A stretch of DNA of 63,376 nucleotides, the filler included, from Collodictyon triciliatum (lineage: Eukaryota), in assembly GCA_043381765.1 (NCBI GenBank). It is 16 parts of 16 records of this genome, joined end to end, with 100 filler letters (N's around TTAATTAATTAA, not from the genome) between each part and the next. Parts side by side here need not be neighbours in the genome. Positions count along the whole stretch, not along the records: positions 1 to 3,988 come from JBHJMP010006626.1; positions 4,089 to 8,084 come from JBHJMP010006627.1; positions 8,185 to 12,172 come from JBHJMP010006628.1; positions 12,273 to 16,259 come from JBHJMP010006629.1; 12 more parts are not named here. One strand, written 5' to 3'. Shown here piece after piece: positions 1 through 12,567 of this stretch (within the stretch, counting starts at the first letter, position 1; every line of letters starts with the position of its first letter). The notes beneath the pieces are model-generated. The model saw only the letters and a list, made by a program, of their open reading frames with translations, had not been told where the DNA came from and ran no database searches. Both the position numbers and the translations under genes were made by a program.

Positions 1-1861
1 TTTGTGTTTTCTTACTTGGAAGAATTGATATTTGGTTTGCGCTGATGTCGAGCTCTCTCAGGGATGTAATAGCGAAAATATCGTACGGAATTTCGTGCAG
101 CTTGTTGTTGGATGCCCGAATTGATGATACGTTTGGCAGCGTAGAGTAATCATAAGTAAGAGATGACAGTTGGTTGAAGGACAAGTCTACTGACTCTAGG
201 CAGGAAAATCCATCCACCTGACTGACTTGCGATAGATGGTTTCCAGAGGCATTCAGCTCTCGGAGAATGCTTTTTGGAATCCCAGATAGGTTGCTAAGTT
301 TGTTTTCTGAAAGATCAATTATCATGAGCTGTGTTAGATGTGATAGCGCGTCCGGTATCTTGCTGAGGTCGCACTTGCGGAGGCACAAATTAGTTACGTT
401 CGCCATATCTTTCAGTATATGGGCTCTTTGGTCGAAGGTGGCATTATCTGAAAGATTCAGTGATCTAATGGTTGTTAGGCCAGTGAAGTAATGGGACCCT
501 ATCTCATTCAAGCTCCATGGGCCATTCAAGACAAGGCGGCCTCCATTCATCGATTTCCCGCGGGCTAAGACTCCGTGATTTGCCATCTGATCAATCTCCC
601 AGTAGTGCAGACGAGCTAGGAAATGTACGAGGTCGCTTGTTATATCGAGTTTGCTGTTCCGGCCGGCGAGCAGGTCCTTCAAACTGGTTAAATGAACGAA
701 CAGTTCATCAATATTTACCAACTCGTTGTTTGTCAGGTCCAGAGTTTCCAATCGAGCGAGATCAGGAATGATTTCGGATGGAATTTTACTCAATAGGTTG
801 CTTCTCCATGAGAGCTTCTTTACGCCGTTCAGAGGGGAGTCTTGTCCAAGATACTTTCGCGATAACCGAAGATATGTGTCGTAGTGTGTTGTCTTGATTC
901 GAAGACTCTTTGAGTTTATCTCATACAAAACCCGATACTCTAGCATATCCGATATCTGGCCATACTCGAGGCGGATATTGATGGCCCTGTCCTTTGGAAT
1001 CATCTCCAACAGCGCAATCGGATTTGGGTTTCCATCGATGCATATTTCCTCGAGATTCGTCAAACTGGACAAGCTCAACGGCAAATGGAGAAAGCAGTTG
1101 TTGCTCAGATCTAGATGAGCCAGGTTCTTTAGCAATGTTATTTCGGGAGGAAGTGAGTCGAACCGATTGTTGCAAAGCTTGAGGGATTCAAGCACTGAGA
1201 GGCCGCCCATACTGACCATAGAATCTGGAAGGGTGAGTGGCATTTCATTAGGCAGTACGTTGTATCGATGCAATTGCGGGTCGTCTACTGGTCCCACGCC
1301 CACCCCATCATCTCGAATGCCACGAGGACCTGCTGGCTCGGACCTGAAGTAGATCAGCTCCACGGTCTTGAGCTTCTTGCACGCAGCAATGCTCTTTGGT
1401 ATGAGGAAGGCATTGTGTGGCTCAAACTCAAGGCTGAGATACTTTAAACTCTTGGGCAAATACTTGAGCGTCTCCAAGCATGTGGGAACTGTGATTGTTT
1501 CGACATCGATGCGGGTCAAATGTCCCCACGCGGATAAGGGCTGAAAACTCTGCGGGTTGATTGCGGTGACCTGCACGGCAGTCGAGGAGAGCGCACCTTC
1601 TGCGACGCGCAGTTTGATCACGTTTCCGTCCACTTTTTCTTCGCGCACTTGGGTTGCTCTAGCGAGAGGTTGTAGTGTCTTTTCGTTCCTCATGGTTTGT
1701 GGGGAGTCCGGCCTTCGAGGAGACTGCGGCGGTGAAGGGAGGGATGTGTTCATAGAAGTATTTGCGTCTCCATGAGAAGTCGAAAGTGGGGTTCCGGTTG
1801 CTGCTCCAGCGTCAAGATCTGCCTCAGGATCAGCATCTGAAGCGGACCCAAGCAAAGCCAT
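1..1861 (-). CDS. Leucine-rich repeat protein, one long reading frame, 3' end runs off the window
   Basis: Manual minus-strand translation is open from ATG 1861 (MALLGSASDADP...) to base 1, with LRR units such as LESLKLCNNRFDSLPPEITLLKNLAHLDLSNNCFLHLP, LETLDLTNNELVNI, LMIIDLSENKLSNL and LRELDISANQISILP. It is missing from the ORF track because it has no stop in the window; the frame may extend into the gap at 1873. Confidence 0.85.
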   Translation of the reverse strand, partial: MALLGSASDADPEADLDAGAATGTPLSTSHGDANTSMNTSLPSPPQSPRRPDSPQTMRNEKTLQPLARATQVREEKVDGNVIKLRVAEGALSSTAVQVTAINPQSFQPLSAWGHLTRIDVETITVPTCLETLKYLPKSLKYLSLEFEPHNAFLIPKSIAACKKLKTVELIYFRSEPAGPRGIRDDGVGVGPVDDPQLHRYNVLPNEMPLTLPDSMVSMGGLSVLESLKLCNNRFDSLPPEITLLKNLAHLDLSNNCFLHLPLSLSSLTNLEEICIDGNPNPIALLEMIPKDRAINIRLEYGQISDMLEYRVLYEINSKSLRIKTTHYDTYLRLSRKYLGQDSPLNGVKKLSWRSNLLSKIPSEIIPDLARLETLDLTNNELVNIDELFVHLTSLKDLLAGRNSKLDITSDLVHFLARLHYWEIDQMANHGVLARGKSMNGGRLVLNGPWSLNEIGSHYFTGLTTIRSLNLSDNATFDQRAHILKDMANVTNLCLRKCDLSKIPDALSHLTQLMIIDLSENKLSNLSGIPKSILRELNASGNHLSQVSQVDGFSCLESVDLSFNQLSSLTYDYSTLPNVSSIRASNNKLHEIPYDIFAITSLRELDISANQISILPSKKTQ

Positions 1862-2420
1862 TTCTGACTCCCNNNNNNNNNNNNNNNNNNNNNNNNNNNN
1901 NNNNNNNNNNNNNNNNNNNNNNNNNNNNNNNNNNNNNNNNNNNNNNNNNNNNNNNNNNNNNNNNNNNNNNNNNNNNNNNNNNNNNNNNNNNNNNNNNNNN
2001 NNNNNNNNNNNNNNNNNNNNNNNNNNNNNNNNNNNNNNNNNNNNNNNNNNNNNNNNNNNNNNNNNNNNNNNNNNNNNNNNNNNNNNNNNNNNNNNNNNNN
2101 NNNNNNNNNNNNNNNNNNNNNNNNNNNNNNNNNNNNNNNNNNNNNNNNNNNNNNNNNNNNNNNNNNNNNNNNNNNNNNNNNNNNNNNNNNNNNNNNNNNN
2201 NNNNNNNNNNNNNNNNNNNNNNNNNNNNNNNNNNNNNNNNNNNNNNNNNNNNNNNNNNNNNNNNNNNNNNNNNNNNNNNNNNNNNNNNNNNNNNNNNNNN
2301 NNNNNNNNNNNNNNNNNNNNNNNNNNNNNNNNNNNNNNNNNNNNNNNNNNNNNNNNNNNNNTATAGGATTGTTTGTGAATCCCTAGCGGATTCTCCAAAG
2401 TGTCTTGCTCTATCGAATAG

Positions 2421-3851
2421 ATCTTGTGCTGGGTTGGGGGTTTCATAAGTAAGGGCTTCAACCAGAAGTATTTTTCAAACCGAATAGAAGAGGTGAGGAT
2501 GGAGGAGCGGCTCAAAAGCATTCGAATATGGAAGGTTTGTTCACTTTCGTCGGTTTCTCGTCTCCTTTCTCTAAAGCTATGTTTGAGACATGCAACCATC
2601 ATCTTTAAGTCGATGATAAGCGAATAATTATTGTAATGATAAATTTTCACCTTCCTTCTCTCATTCCTCTCTTTTCAAGATGTAATATTTATTCAATACC
2701 TAATAGCTAATGACGCTTCGAATGCACATTACATAATTCTTATTTTTCATATATGCTCAAGATGCTTGTCGCTTGGGCCAACTTCGAAAGTGTTTCACAA
2801 GGTGGCCCAGTGATGACAGAGGTCCAGTTTTCCCAGAGTGTAGAGCACAGAGAGATATTTCTTCGAGCAATATTCTCAAAAATTCAAGATTCGTGGGCGG
2901 ATGATACTCTGTAAGTCTTATTGATATTTTGTTACACTAGATTTCAATGCTTCACTTGCGATGAATTAGTTTCTTCTTTTCTTTTGGTCTACTTAATTGA
3001 TTGATAACATATCAATCGTTTCTTAATTTGTCACCGATCATTTATGCTTTCATTAGAGGCCCCCAGGTAGGGATATTAAAAAGATTGTCTCCGTCCAACT
3101 CCACCCCATCAAAGAGACAGAGATTTACTTCTTCTTTGGGTGACTTTCTTCGAGAAAACGGTTTGCAAATTGGGACCTTTTTATTATCACGATATTTTAA
3201 TAATTAAGTGATATGAGCGTGTCTATGACAAAATTAAAGCAACCTCATTATACGTTTCCAAAAGATTCGATCACCCCGGAATGCAGTGTCCCATTTATTT
3301 GGAAAGTTTTTTTGGCCTACTACAATAGAGGTGAACTCTCGAATCCCTAAAATGATATTGCTCCTTTTATTTTTTTAAAAAATAATAATGCACAATCGAA
3401 ATCAATTTAAGGGGCTGAGAGATAATGATACTGTACTTCTCTATTGCCAGAATACTCGACTCTATCAGCTGATATTCTTCGTTGGTGCACTAACCTAGCA
3501 GCCATATCTTCCTCAAATTTTACCCAGTTGGAAAAGTGCAGTTTCATATCGTTTAATTTAGCATTCATAATTTATTCACATAATTCCTTAATATACATAT
3601 ATTTATTCTGGGTTATTAATTTTAATGTGATAATCCTTGATAGTACTGATCAGGAGTTCATATCGTTGGCACTTTCGCTGGTAAATTTCACATACCACTT
3701 TATATCATGCACTTCTTCAAATATTTATGCAATGTAACGCAAAATATTAACAATTCAAAGGTGGAGACTGCATTGGCGAAGGATGTATCTATTGGACATG
3801 CTATAAGGGACGCAAAGGATATATTTGAATCCAATTCTCCACATAATCAAG
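2421..3851 (+). CDS. Multi-exon gene fragment, product unknown
   Basis: Open segments bounded by AG/GT: ILCWVGGFISKGF...IRIWK, MLVAWANFESV...WADDTL, EYSTLSADILRWCTNL..., VETALAKDVSIG.... No family recognised and exon phases are not fully resolved. Confidence 0.45.
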
Positions 3852-3894
3852 GTTCAAAATGTTTGAACTTCCTGCTCCTTCGTTATTTTAGCTG

Positions 3895-3896
<2 letters not shown>

Positions 3897-3988
<92 letters not shown>
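3897..3988. repeat. (GT)n microsatellite at a contig end
   Basis: Perfect dinucleotide run ending at the N spacer. Confidence 0.95.
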
Positions 3989-4032
3989 NNNNNNNNNNNN
4001 NNNNNNNNNNNNNNNNNNNNNNNNNNNNNNNN

Positions 4033-4044
4033 TTAATTAATTAA
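4033..4044. other. Artificial contig linker TTAATTAATTAA flanked by N (recurs at 8129, 12217, 16304, 20390, 24476, 28564, 32647, 36730, 40811, 44892, 48971, 53050, 57128, 61205)
   Basis: Identical 12-mer with stops in all six frames between N runs, spaced about 4.08-4.10 kb apart with spacing that shrinks almost steadily, as expected for size-sorted concatenated contigs. Confidence 0.97.
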
Positions 4045-4088
4045 NNNNNNNNNNNNNNNNNNNNNNNNNNNNNNNNNNNNNNNNNNNN

Positions 4089-4210
4089 AATAAAATAAAA
4101 TAAAATAAAATAAAATAAAATAAAATAAAATAAAATAAAATAAAATAAAATAAAATAAAATAAAATAAAATAAAATAAAATAAAACAAAATAAAATAAAA
4201 TAAAATAAAA
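4089..4210. repeat. (AAAAT)n microsatellite
   Basis: Pentamer run at contig start. Confidence 0.95.
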
Positions 4211-4231
4211 TACACAAAATACACAAAACAA

Positions 4232-7200
4232 CCATTTGGCCATAAACATCATTGTGAAGCAGATGCCACTCCCAACAAGCGCTATTGAAGGGTGGTAATA
4301 GTTGAATGTTGGCCTCCATCCAGGATACCTATTCGTTTTCATTTAAATATCTTTGTTTCATTTGAGTAATACTATTTCTATGCTCATGTAAGATATTAAA
4401 ACATCTAGTTCAAATCTAGAATGGAAAATATTCCTATACTTTTTGATTAATCAATATTGATGTTACTTAAGCACGGAAGCCAAAAAGCATGTGTAGTTGA
4501 CGATGGCATAAGAGGCTAGGAAAAGAACGGTTGTGAAGGCGGCGATGCGATTCAAATTACCTGAATATTCACAATAAAATAATGAAAACGATATAATGAA
4601 AAAAAAAAAAAGAAGGGAGCATTATGATATACTCTTCCACGAAAAAAAAAGTCATGATTCACGCACATTAGAGATATTTTGATGTTACTATAAATTAATG
4701 CGATGATGAAAATTACCAAAGAATAGAAAGCCAGCGCTAATCAAGAAAAGAACCAGATAAGCGTACACGGGTTCATTTTGGGGCCCATAACTAGATGTAT
4801 TTACCCGTCAGGTTCATTTCTTTACGAGTAACAGCGGTTTTATAAAATATATCTATTTAATACCCCTCCTTCATGAATTTCATCCAAGCAAATAGACCAT
4901 CTTTGCATGCCATCTGTATTTGTGAACAAATATTATATTTTTATCTAAAATTTCGTGTCAATACGAACATAAAAAAAAAAGGCAAATATTTTCAGTTAAG
5001 AAAACAACAGGTGCAAGTGTCGAACACATTAAGCGTTTTCTAAAATTATTTTCTCCTCCCTTACCTGCAGAATTCTGGGAGCTATTGTAAAAGAGTCTAA
5101 ATATGATGACATTCCAGATGCAAACACGCCAATATAAAAAAGAGGCTTCCATGCCGTAACATCAATCCAAATATGCTGCGAATTAACGAGTCCGCGTTGA
5201 CCCTCATTGCCTGTCTCACCGACAACTCCTCCGAAAATAAGGGTCAAACCAACGTAAAATAAAACAATTGTGAAAGTGGAAAATAGGGTTCCCAAAGGCA
5301 GAGTCCTCTTCGGGTCCTATACGTTTTAAACACTACATTCAGTTTTCACATTCTCATGCATCTAAACTTCTGGTCATATGAGCAGAATAAGCGTGAAAAA
5401 CCAAACGTACACAACACTTGTTCTAATATATAACCAAATTATGCACATGGTATTTTACTGATGTGCCACCTTAATTTCACCGAGCATGTTCAAACCACCA
5501 ATAAGGCCAGATGCTGATGGGTAAAATATGGCCATAACTGAGAAAAAAGTTTCGTTCTCGAAAAGCGGAGCCGCATTCGACTTGAAGTTTTTCGGGGAGT
5601 AACCCGTAACCCCCGTTTCTGTTCGTTCGACGAGGAATGACCCGATAATCAAACCAACAACTGCACAATTTCCCATTTTAAAAAATGATACAAATAGATA
5701 CAATATATTTTCATACTACATTCTACACGATGTAAATAAATGTCTCAATGCTTTAAAATCCATGCAGATGTGTTACTTGCAGCCAAGTAGGGTACAACAA
5801 AAACCATTTGATACTAAAAGGGACAATAATGAGGAAGACTGTCATTAAATAGAAATGCCACAATATACAATAATCCCTTTTCAACAAAAGGAAGTAGATT
5901 TCTTCAAAGTTACACAATTTCTGATGAATAAAAAACCACAACGACTACTGAAGACAATGATTATATTACAATACATGCATGCATATATAAGAAGCCTACT
6001 ATACCCGCAAAATATTTGGAAAGAAGACATTGAGACACAAGGCGAAAAGAAAGCAGAATGCTGCGACGATGAATGCATAAACACGAATGTCCCAGTGACC
6101 CTCTGACGTGAAGTTATGTCCCTGTGAACGCATATTGGTTGCTTTATGTATGGGTTTCCATGAAGTAACTCAACCGTATTCTTTATGTAGCGTATCTTGA
6201 TTGTACATATCTTCTATGCAGCCCTTTGACATGGAAAGAAACTCACAGCAAGCTCAATGATAGCCTCCGACATTCCTAGCGCACTCACAGATGAAGATAA
6301 TGTGATGGCCAGCGAAAAATAAATAGCGATGACTGCACCAGCTTCAGGCCCCAAGGACCTGGATATTAGATAGTAAATTCCTCCGGTGTGGCCTTCGCCT
6401 ATAGTGTTTCATACTTAAAATACTAAACAAATTATCGATNNNNNNNNNNNNNNNNNNNNNNNNNNNNNNNNNNNNNNNNNNNNNNNNNNNNNNNNNNNNN
6501 NNNNNNNNNNNNNNNNNNNNNNNNNNNNNNNNNNNNNNNNNNNNNNNNNNNNNNNNNNNNNNNNNNNNNNNNNNNNNNNNNNNNNNNNNNNNNNNNNNNN
6601 NNNNNNNNNNNNNNNNNNNNNNNNNNNNNNNNNNNNNNNNNNNNNNNNNNNNNNNNNNNNNNNNNNNNNNNNNNNNNNNNNNNNNNNNNNNNNNNNNNNN
6701 NNNNNNNNNNNNNNNNNNNNNNNNNNNNNNNNNNNNNNNNNNNNNNNNNNNNNNNNNNNNNNNNNNNNNNNNNNNNNNNNNNNNNNNNNNNNNNNNNNNN
6801 NNNNNNNNNNNNNNNNNNNNNNNNNNNNNNNNNNNNNNNNNNNNNNNNNNNNNNNNNNNNNNNNNNNNNNNNNNNNNNNNNNNNNNNNNNNNNNNNNNNN
6901 NNNTTTTTTTCCCGTCACATGCGGAACAACAGACATGAACAAAATAAAGTTATGACAGAAGAAAAAGAAAGTAAGACACAATTAAAAATATCATAAATGA
7001 ATGGAAAAATAACGCACTATAAGTATGCATATATTGTGACATAACTGTTGTCTCTCGAGTACTATCTGGATAATAAAATACAGACTATGACACCCGAAAT
7101 GGCACCAAGATTCTTCAGGAAGGGCATCCGACCATTAAAAATGTCTGAAGGCCGAGCAGGCGATATTTGCTCAATTGAAGCACTTGTGCGACTGTATATA

Positions 7201-7975
7201 TCCACATCATCGTCTTCGTCACGCAAGACTTGAAGAGAGGGCCTAAAATCAGTGTTCAATCGGATAATGTCATGGTGGCCTTCGTAATGCAGTGGGTTGG
7301 GGATTCGATCTCCAGGATAGACTTGCGTATTAAGATTCCGGAATGACATGGAGAAATTAAGCTATTAAGATGCCCAATGCGAATATGAGAGAGCTGCTAT
7401 GAATACACTCGACAGTCCAGCCGATATGATTTTAAATCAAAATTTATGAAAGATTGATTCATATTGTCTATCTCGTGTACGATGAAAGGGATATATATAT
7501 ATATATAATTCGGAGGAATGAGAGAGTTTCATCGCTGTGCGATCTATTGTTACCATATCATTATCATCGCTGACTATGATGCTCAAAGGATTTTCATTCG
7601 CATCGGCTGAGCTTGCATCGTCACTTTGCTGGGATGAAGCGAGGTGTCTGTTTCTATTTTTTTTTTTAAAGATAATAATATTACTAAATCTGACTTTTCC
7701 GAATCATATCGCCAGAAAAATGAGCTCGCCATGACAGATTTACTCTTTTGATAGCTCTTTTCAATCAGCCGAGGTAAATATCGTTCGATTATTACACAGG
7801 GGTTCACTTCAACCGACAATTTTTGATGCAAAGAAGACGAGAGTAAATACCCGTTACTCATCATAGATATTGAAATAATGATATTGGTTGACTTACGCAA
7901 TGAACGGACACGCTAGTATTTCGATCGAGGAGGGATTCTCCACTGTGTCATCAGCATGAAGGCAACGTTAGCTTG
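4232..7975 (-). CDS. SLC12-family cation-chloride cotransporter, multi-exon, partial
   Basis: Exons give family motifs RPSLQVL, LGAISGV, GGIYYLISRSLGPEAG, FFSVMAIFYPSASGLIGGLNMLGEIK|DPKRTLPLGT, APRILQ|MACKDG, GYGPQNEP and YPGWRPTFNYY. Introns are GT-AG; there is a scaffold gap at 6440-6903. Confidence 0.9.
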
Positions 7976-8378
7976 GAAAGAGTTTAGAAAAAGAAGAAAA
8001 AAGAAGAAAAAAGAAGAAAAAAGAAGAAAAAAGAAGAAAAAAGAAGAAAAAAGAAGAAAAAAGAAGAAAAAAGAAGAAAAAAGANNNNNNNNNNNNNNNN
8101 NNNNNNNNNNNNNNNNNNNNNNNNNNNNTTAATTAATTAANNNNNNNNNNNNNNNNNNNNNNNNNNNNNNNNNNNNNNNNNNNNAAAGAGAGAAAGAGAA
8201 AAGAGAAAAGAGAAAAGAGAAAAGAGAGAAAGAGAGAAAGAGAAAAGAGAAAAGAGAAAAGAAAGAATAAAACTGAAAAGAAAAAGTAAAAAAAAAAAAA
8301 AGGCTACCAAAGTAAAATATGCTATGGATTCGAACACATTATCTAAATATATCTATGAGAAATGGTTTTCTTTTTATT

Positions 8379-11372
8379 TTACTTTGAAGATGGCACCAAA
8401 GCTCCAAAATTATACCACCATTTCCGGCCATTTGGGTGGAGGACTTGAACGGGTTTCGTTGATTCATCTATATCTATCACTGTCCCAATTTCCCCTTCCT
8501 TCAACGGGCCAGCTGACGCATCGCCTTCCGATTGGTATGTTGGAGACAAGATGACCAGACATCCGACTGATATACCTCGGGTATTCTGAGGACTTTCATA
8601 TTGACCAGGGCTAAAAGAACCATATTCATTTGATACTGGACCTTCGAAATGGGCGTTCTGTGATGAGGATGAGTCTGACCTCGAGCCACAAGAACCCTCT
8701 AACTCAACGGCGTCTCTTCTGTACCACCATAGTTCTTTTTCCGAGTTTGCGATAAGAAGCGGTTTAGAAGAACGGTCATCATACAAAATAATTCCTCTTT
8801 CCCTCGCCTTAAGCACCCCTTGAGAAGCGTCACCCTTTTGGGTAAAGTCATGAGTAAGCATAACAGTTTTTCCTGGTCTTAGCGCAGGCTTTTGGGAAGA
8901 TTGTTTCTCATTTACGACAAAGTAGCTGTCGGGCGGGGCTATAGGGTATACTAGCTCAATTTCATCTCCTTTGTGCTTCACTTCGTCCCCATTTCGAGTT
9001 TTTACTCGGTAAGTACTCTGAGAATAATCCATGGTAACAGTCCCAACATCTCCAGGTGCAAAAGATTTCTTTGACGAGTCTTGTTTTTTCGAAAAATCAC
9101 CTGTCAGTCTCACCCGACTTCCCTCCATTATTTCTTTGTGATATGCAACCTCGAAGTGGACTGGAATCCTGCATATGAGTAATTTTTTTTTTTTTAAAGG
9201 AAGTAACCTTAAAAATATCTTATAAAACGCCGAATTGGAAACTTTCACGTATATTGAATAGTGATATGTGATTACTCGTGCATTTTGGGGTACATGAAGA
9301 GCTCAAAGACTCCATCTTTTCCAATAGAATGCCTTGTGACAGTCTTGTTTTTCCACTCTACACCAACAGTGCTATCTGCGTAAATAGTTCTTACCTTCCC
9401 GATGACTCCGCACCCATGGTTTTCATTTGTTTTTGAGCTTGTCATATCACGATAGACACTCTCTCTGATGGCGACGTTGGCGGGTGTGACATACGCTTTG
9501 GTAAGGCTCAAGATTGCCGATGCAGGGTACCATTCTTCTGTTTCATCACGGAAAACCAAATATTTCTTGTTTTTTCCGTCTATGGCCTTCACAAAATAAA
9601 TTTCTTTATACGGGTAAACTGCCCTGAGCTTATCGGTTGCAAAGAAAAGCTGCTTAGGAATGACATGCTCACCGATTGGAAGCGTCACCTCAATCTCTGG
9701 AATAAAATCGAGGTTAAATGGCGGGTCGGCATAAATAAGTTCGAAGCAGCCCTCATGCCCTATTGCATGACGCGTTTGACTGTGTAAGGCGGATTTCTCC
9801 CATAGAACACCGCAGAACCCAAATGCATATTCTGCAGTGGAGATAATAAGCCCGCGACCAAGTGTATCAATTAAATGTCTATCACCTCGAAAGAATTTAG
9901 AGGGACAGACAAATAGTCCCTCTCGAGCGTTCATCCTCGTGACAACATCACCACTTCTTGGGGCACATGTGAGATATTCCAAGGGCATTTTTACAGTTAG
10001 TTGGCTATTCCATTCTACTTGGGCATTTCTCACGTCGCAAGACCTAACATATCCAACCTTATCCTTAATTTGAGACGCAGGCACGTGATCGATTTTCTTT
10101 TCAAATCCCCTTTTCAAGATTACGTAATTCCCTGAAACCACATCATTATTGATATTAGGGATATTTCCAAGTATTGGAGACGCATAAGCAAGTTCAAAGA
10201 CATTACGTAGACCGATTGAGTGCTCTGTGATATGTCCATCTTGCCATACAACCAACCATTTGCCATTTTCTTTGGGTTTGAAAAGAACTCCAGGTGCACT
10301 CCATCGTCCATATTCATCGCTTAATGTCCAACCAGGCCCTCTTACAACTTGCAGACCAGGTGCTACATTTTCATACGTAACTACAGTACCTGGCCGAGCA
10401 ACGAAGCTAAGTGCCTGGCCATAGTATCTTGAATTCTGCCCACTTCCATCCGCTATGATAAACTTGGGAGCCTCGTTTCGAATGTATACTATCACACCCA
10501 CCGACCCTAGAAAAAGGGGCCCTTCTGTACCGTACTTAAATTTCATATGATTTTCGTTGAGTTTAACGGCATCTCCCACCGCAAGCATCTAGGAAAAGGA
10601 TTTATATACTTGGTTTAAGGATTGATGACGGCTTTTGAATCGAATAAAGTAGCATGAGGATTATAAAATCGAAATAAACATAGTGAGAAGGAAAAAAAAT
10701 ACACGATGGAAGGATTGATAGTGTATATAATCATCAGATTCGGTTGTATCCTATTCAGATATCTGGTAGGCATGAACAATAAGAGAGTTATGTGAGTACC
10801 TTGGAGGCACTTGGCGAAGAAGTTGGGTCTGAATTGTCACAATGCAAGTCACTACCCAGCTCAGTTAGATGCTTAGCATCAGCCGGGCTTAAAAAATTCT
10901 TTGAGATGTATCCTGCCTTTGCTATTTGTAAAGGGGCGCCAAGCTTAATGGACGCGGGTAGTGGAAGGACAATCAGGAAATGTTCTGGACTATGTATACG
11001 ACTGTCGATCCCTTTCCTTGCACAGCTTGAACACACGTCAAAGTCTGGACACTCGGTGCATTTTAAACGAGTCCCTTGGAAAGATTCTTCTTTACAAACT
11101 GCACAGGTGACGTTGACATGCGAGGCTGCCGTTCGATCAACGGGAATCAGCTCGCCAGGTTTGCTTACTTGCGTGTCTGGCCTCGCTTTTCGGCACGCAA
11201 CAAAGTGATGCGTCAGGTCGTGGCGGCTGCGCTGATGATAGAAGCACGCTTCACAGGCGTCAAAGTCACGGCAGTTGAGGCATATGAAGCGAATACCTTT
11301 GAGTGGGGATTTCTCGCAGATATCGCAGGTAATGGAGGAATGGAATAGGTTTGCTTTTGAAGGGCCGAACAT
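8379..11372 (-). CDS. Protein with two ZZ zinc fingers, three MIB/HERC2-like domains and several SH3-like beta-barrel repeats
   Basis: Exon 11372-10800 has CDICEKSPLKGIRFICLNCRDFDACEAC and CAVCKEESFQGTRLKCTECPDFDVCSSC. The 438-aa exon has three units ending HSIGLRNVFEL, HAIGHEGCFEL and HSIGKDGVFEL, the first starting GLQVVRGPGW. The last exon has three related repeats. GT-AG junctions are in phase. Confidence 0.8.
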
Positions 11373-11683
11373 GTTTACTCTGCCGGGCAACGAGAAGGAT
11401 GGAAAAGTATGTTTGTGAGACTTTCACAAGATATTGTTTTCTGAGTGGGTGGGACTCGGGTTGGAATTGTGGAGTTGGCGGGAGGTTATAGCTGAGAGGA
11501 AAATGATATCGGGGGGTTCTGAAGAGACAGCGATGCTTGGACGATTCACGGATCAACACCGCATTACACGGGGATGGATATTTAGTGTGTTTGGACAGGT
11601 TTTTATTTGTCTGGCGTGATTGATCTGCCTGAAATACTAGTGGCGGTGTAGTTGTTCCCCGATTACGCACGCGAGGGCGTTGT

Positions 11684-11740
<57 letters not shown>

Positions 11741-12273
11741 TTTTTTACTTATTTATGCTTCCTTTTTCTCTTTATCCTTTTTCTTTTTCTTTTTTATTCT
11801 TTTTGTAACAGTTGATCATCGTTGCGAAGTACGCCACGTCTCCCTGTTGTCAGCCAGACAGCATCGGGTTCATTCCTGGTGAGTTATTTGGACACATCCT
11901 CGGGAGTGAACATGGCGGCTGGCTGTTTGCGTTGCATTTTTCTGTGTGGCACTAATTCTTTATTTTTATTTTCCAACTTTGTTATTATAGGGCGCATATT
12001 TTTGGTCTGTTAACCTTAGTGCCTGTTCATACCAAATTTGCTTTCTGAGAGTTCGATGCAAATGAAAAAATCCAAAAAAACTAAAAACAAAAAACAAAAA
12101 GCAAAAAAACAAAACAAAAAAACAAAACAAAAAAACAAAACAAAAAAACAAAACAAAAAAAAACAAAACAAANNNNNNNNNNNNNNNNNNNNNNNNNNNN
12201 NNNNNNNNNNNNNNNNTTAATTAATTAANNNNNNNNNNNNNNNNNNNNNNNNNNNNNNNNNNNNNNNNNNNNA

Positions 12274-12428
12274 CAAGAATAAAATAAGAATAAAACAAGA
12301 ATAAAACAAGAATAAAACAAGAATAAAACAAGAATAAAACAAGAATAAAACAAGAATAAAACAAGAATAAAACAAGAATAAAACAAGAATAAAACAAGAA
12401 TAAAGCAAGAATAAAACAAGAATAAAAC
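12274..12428. repeat. (CAAGAATAAAA)n 11-bp tandem repeat
   Basis: Direct reading, at contig start. Confidence 0.9.
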
Positions 12429-12567
12429 AAAAAACAAACAAAACTAGTACAAATAGAAGGGAAAAAAGAATACAAAACATCAAAGAATAACAATTGAGTA
12501 GTAATAAAAGCGATAACGAAAGAAAAAAGGAAGAAGTCTACACGACAACATAAAAACACATAGTTAC

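Noticed and set aside
12217-12483. Low-complexity ORFs (poly-F/K/Y/I, FILFY, SCFILVLFLFY and similar) in the ORF track
   Set aside because: They are translations of microsatellites and N spacers, not genes.
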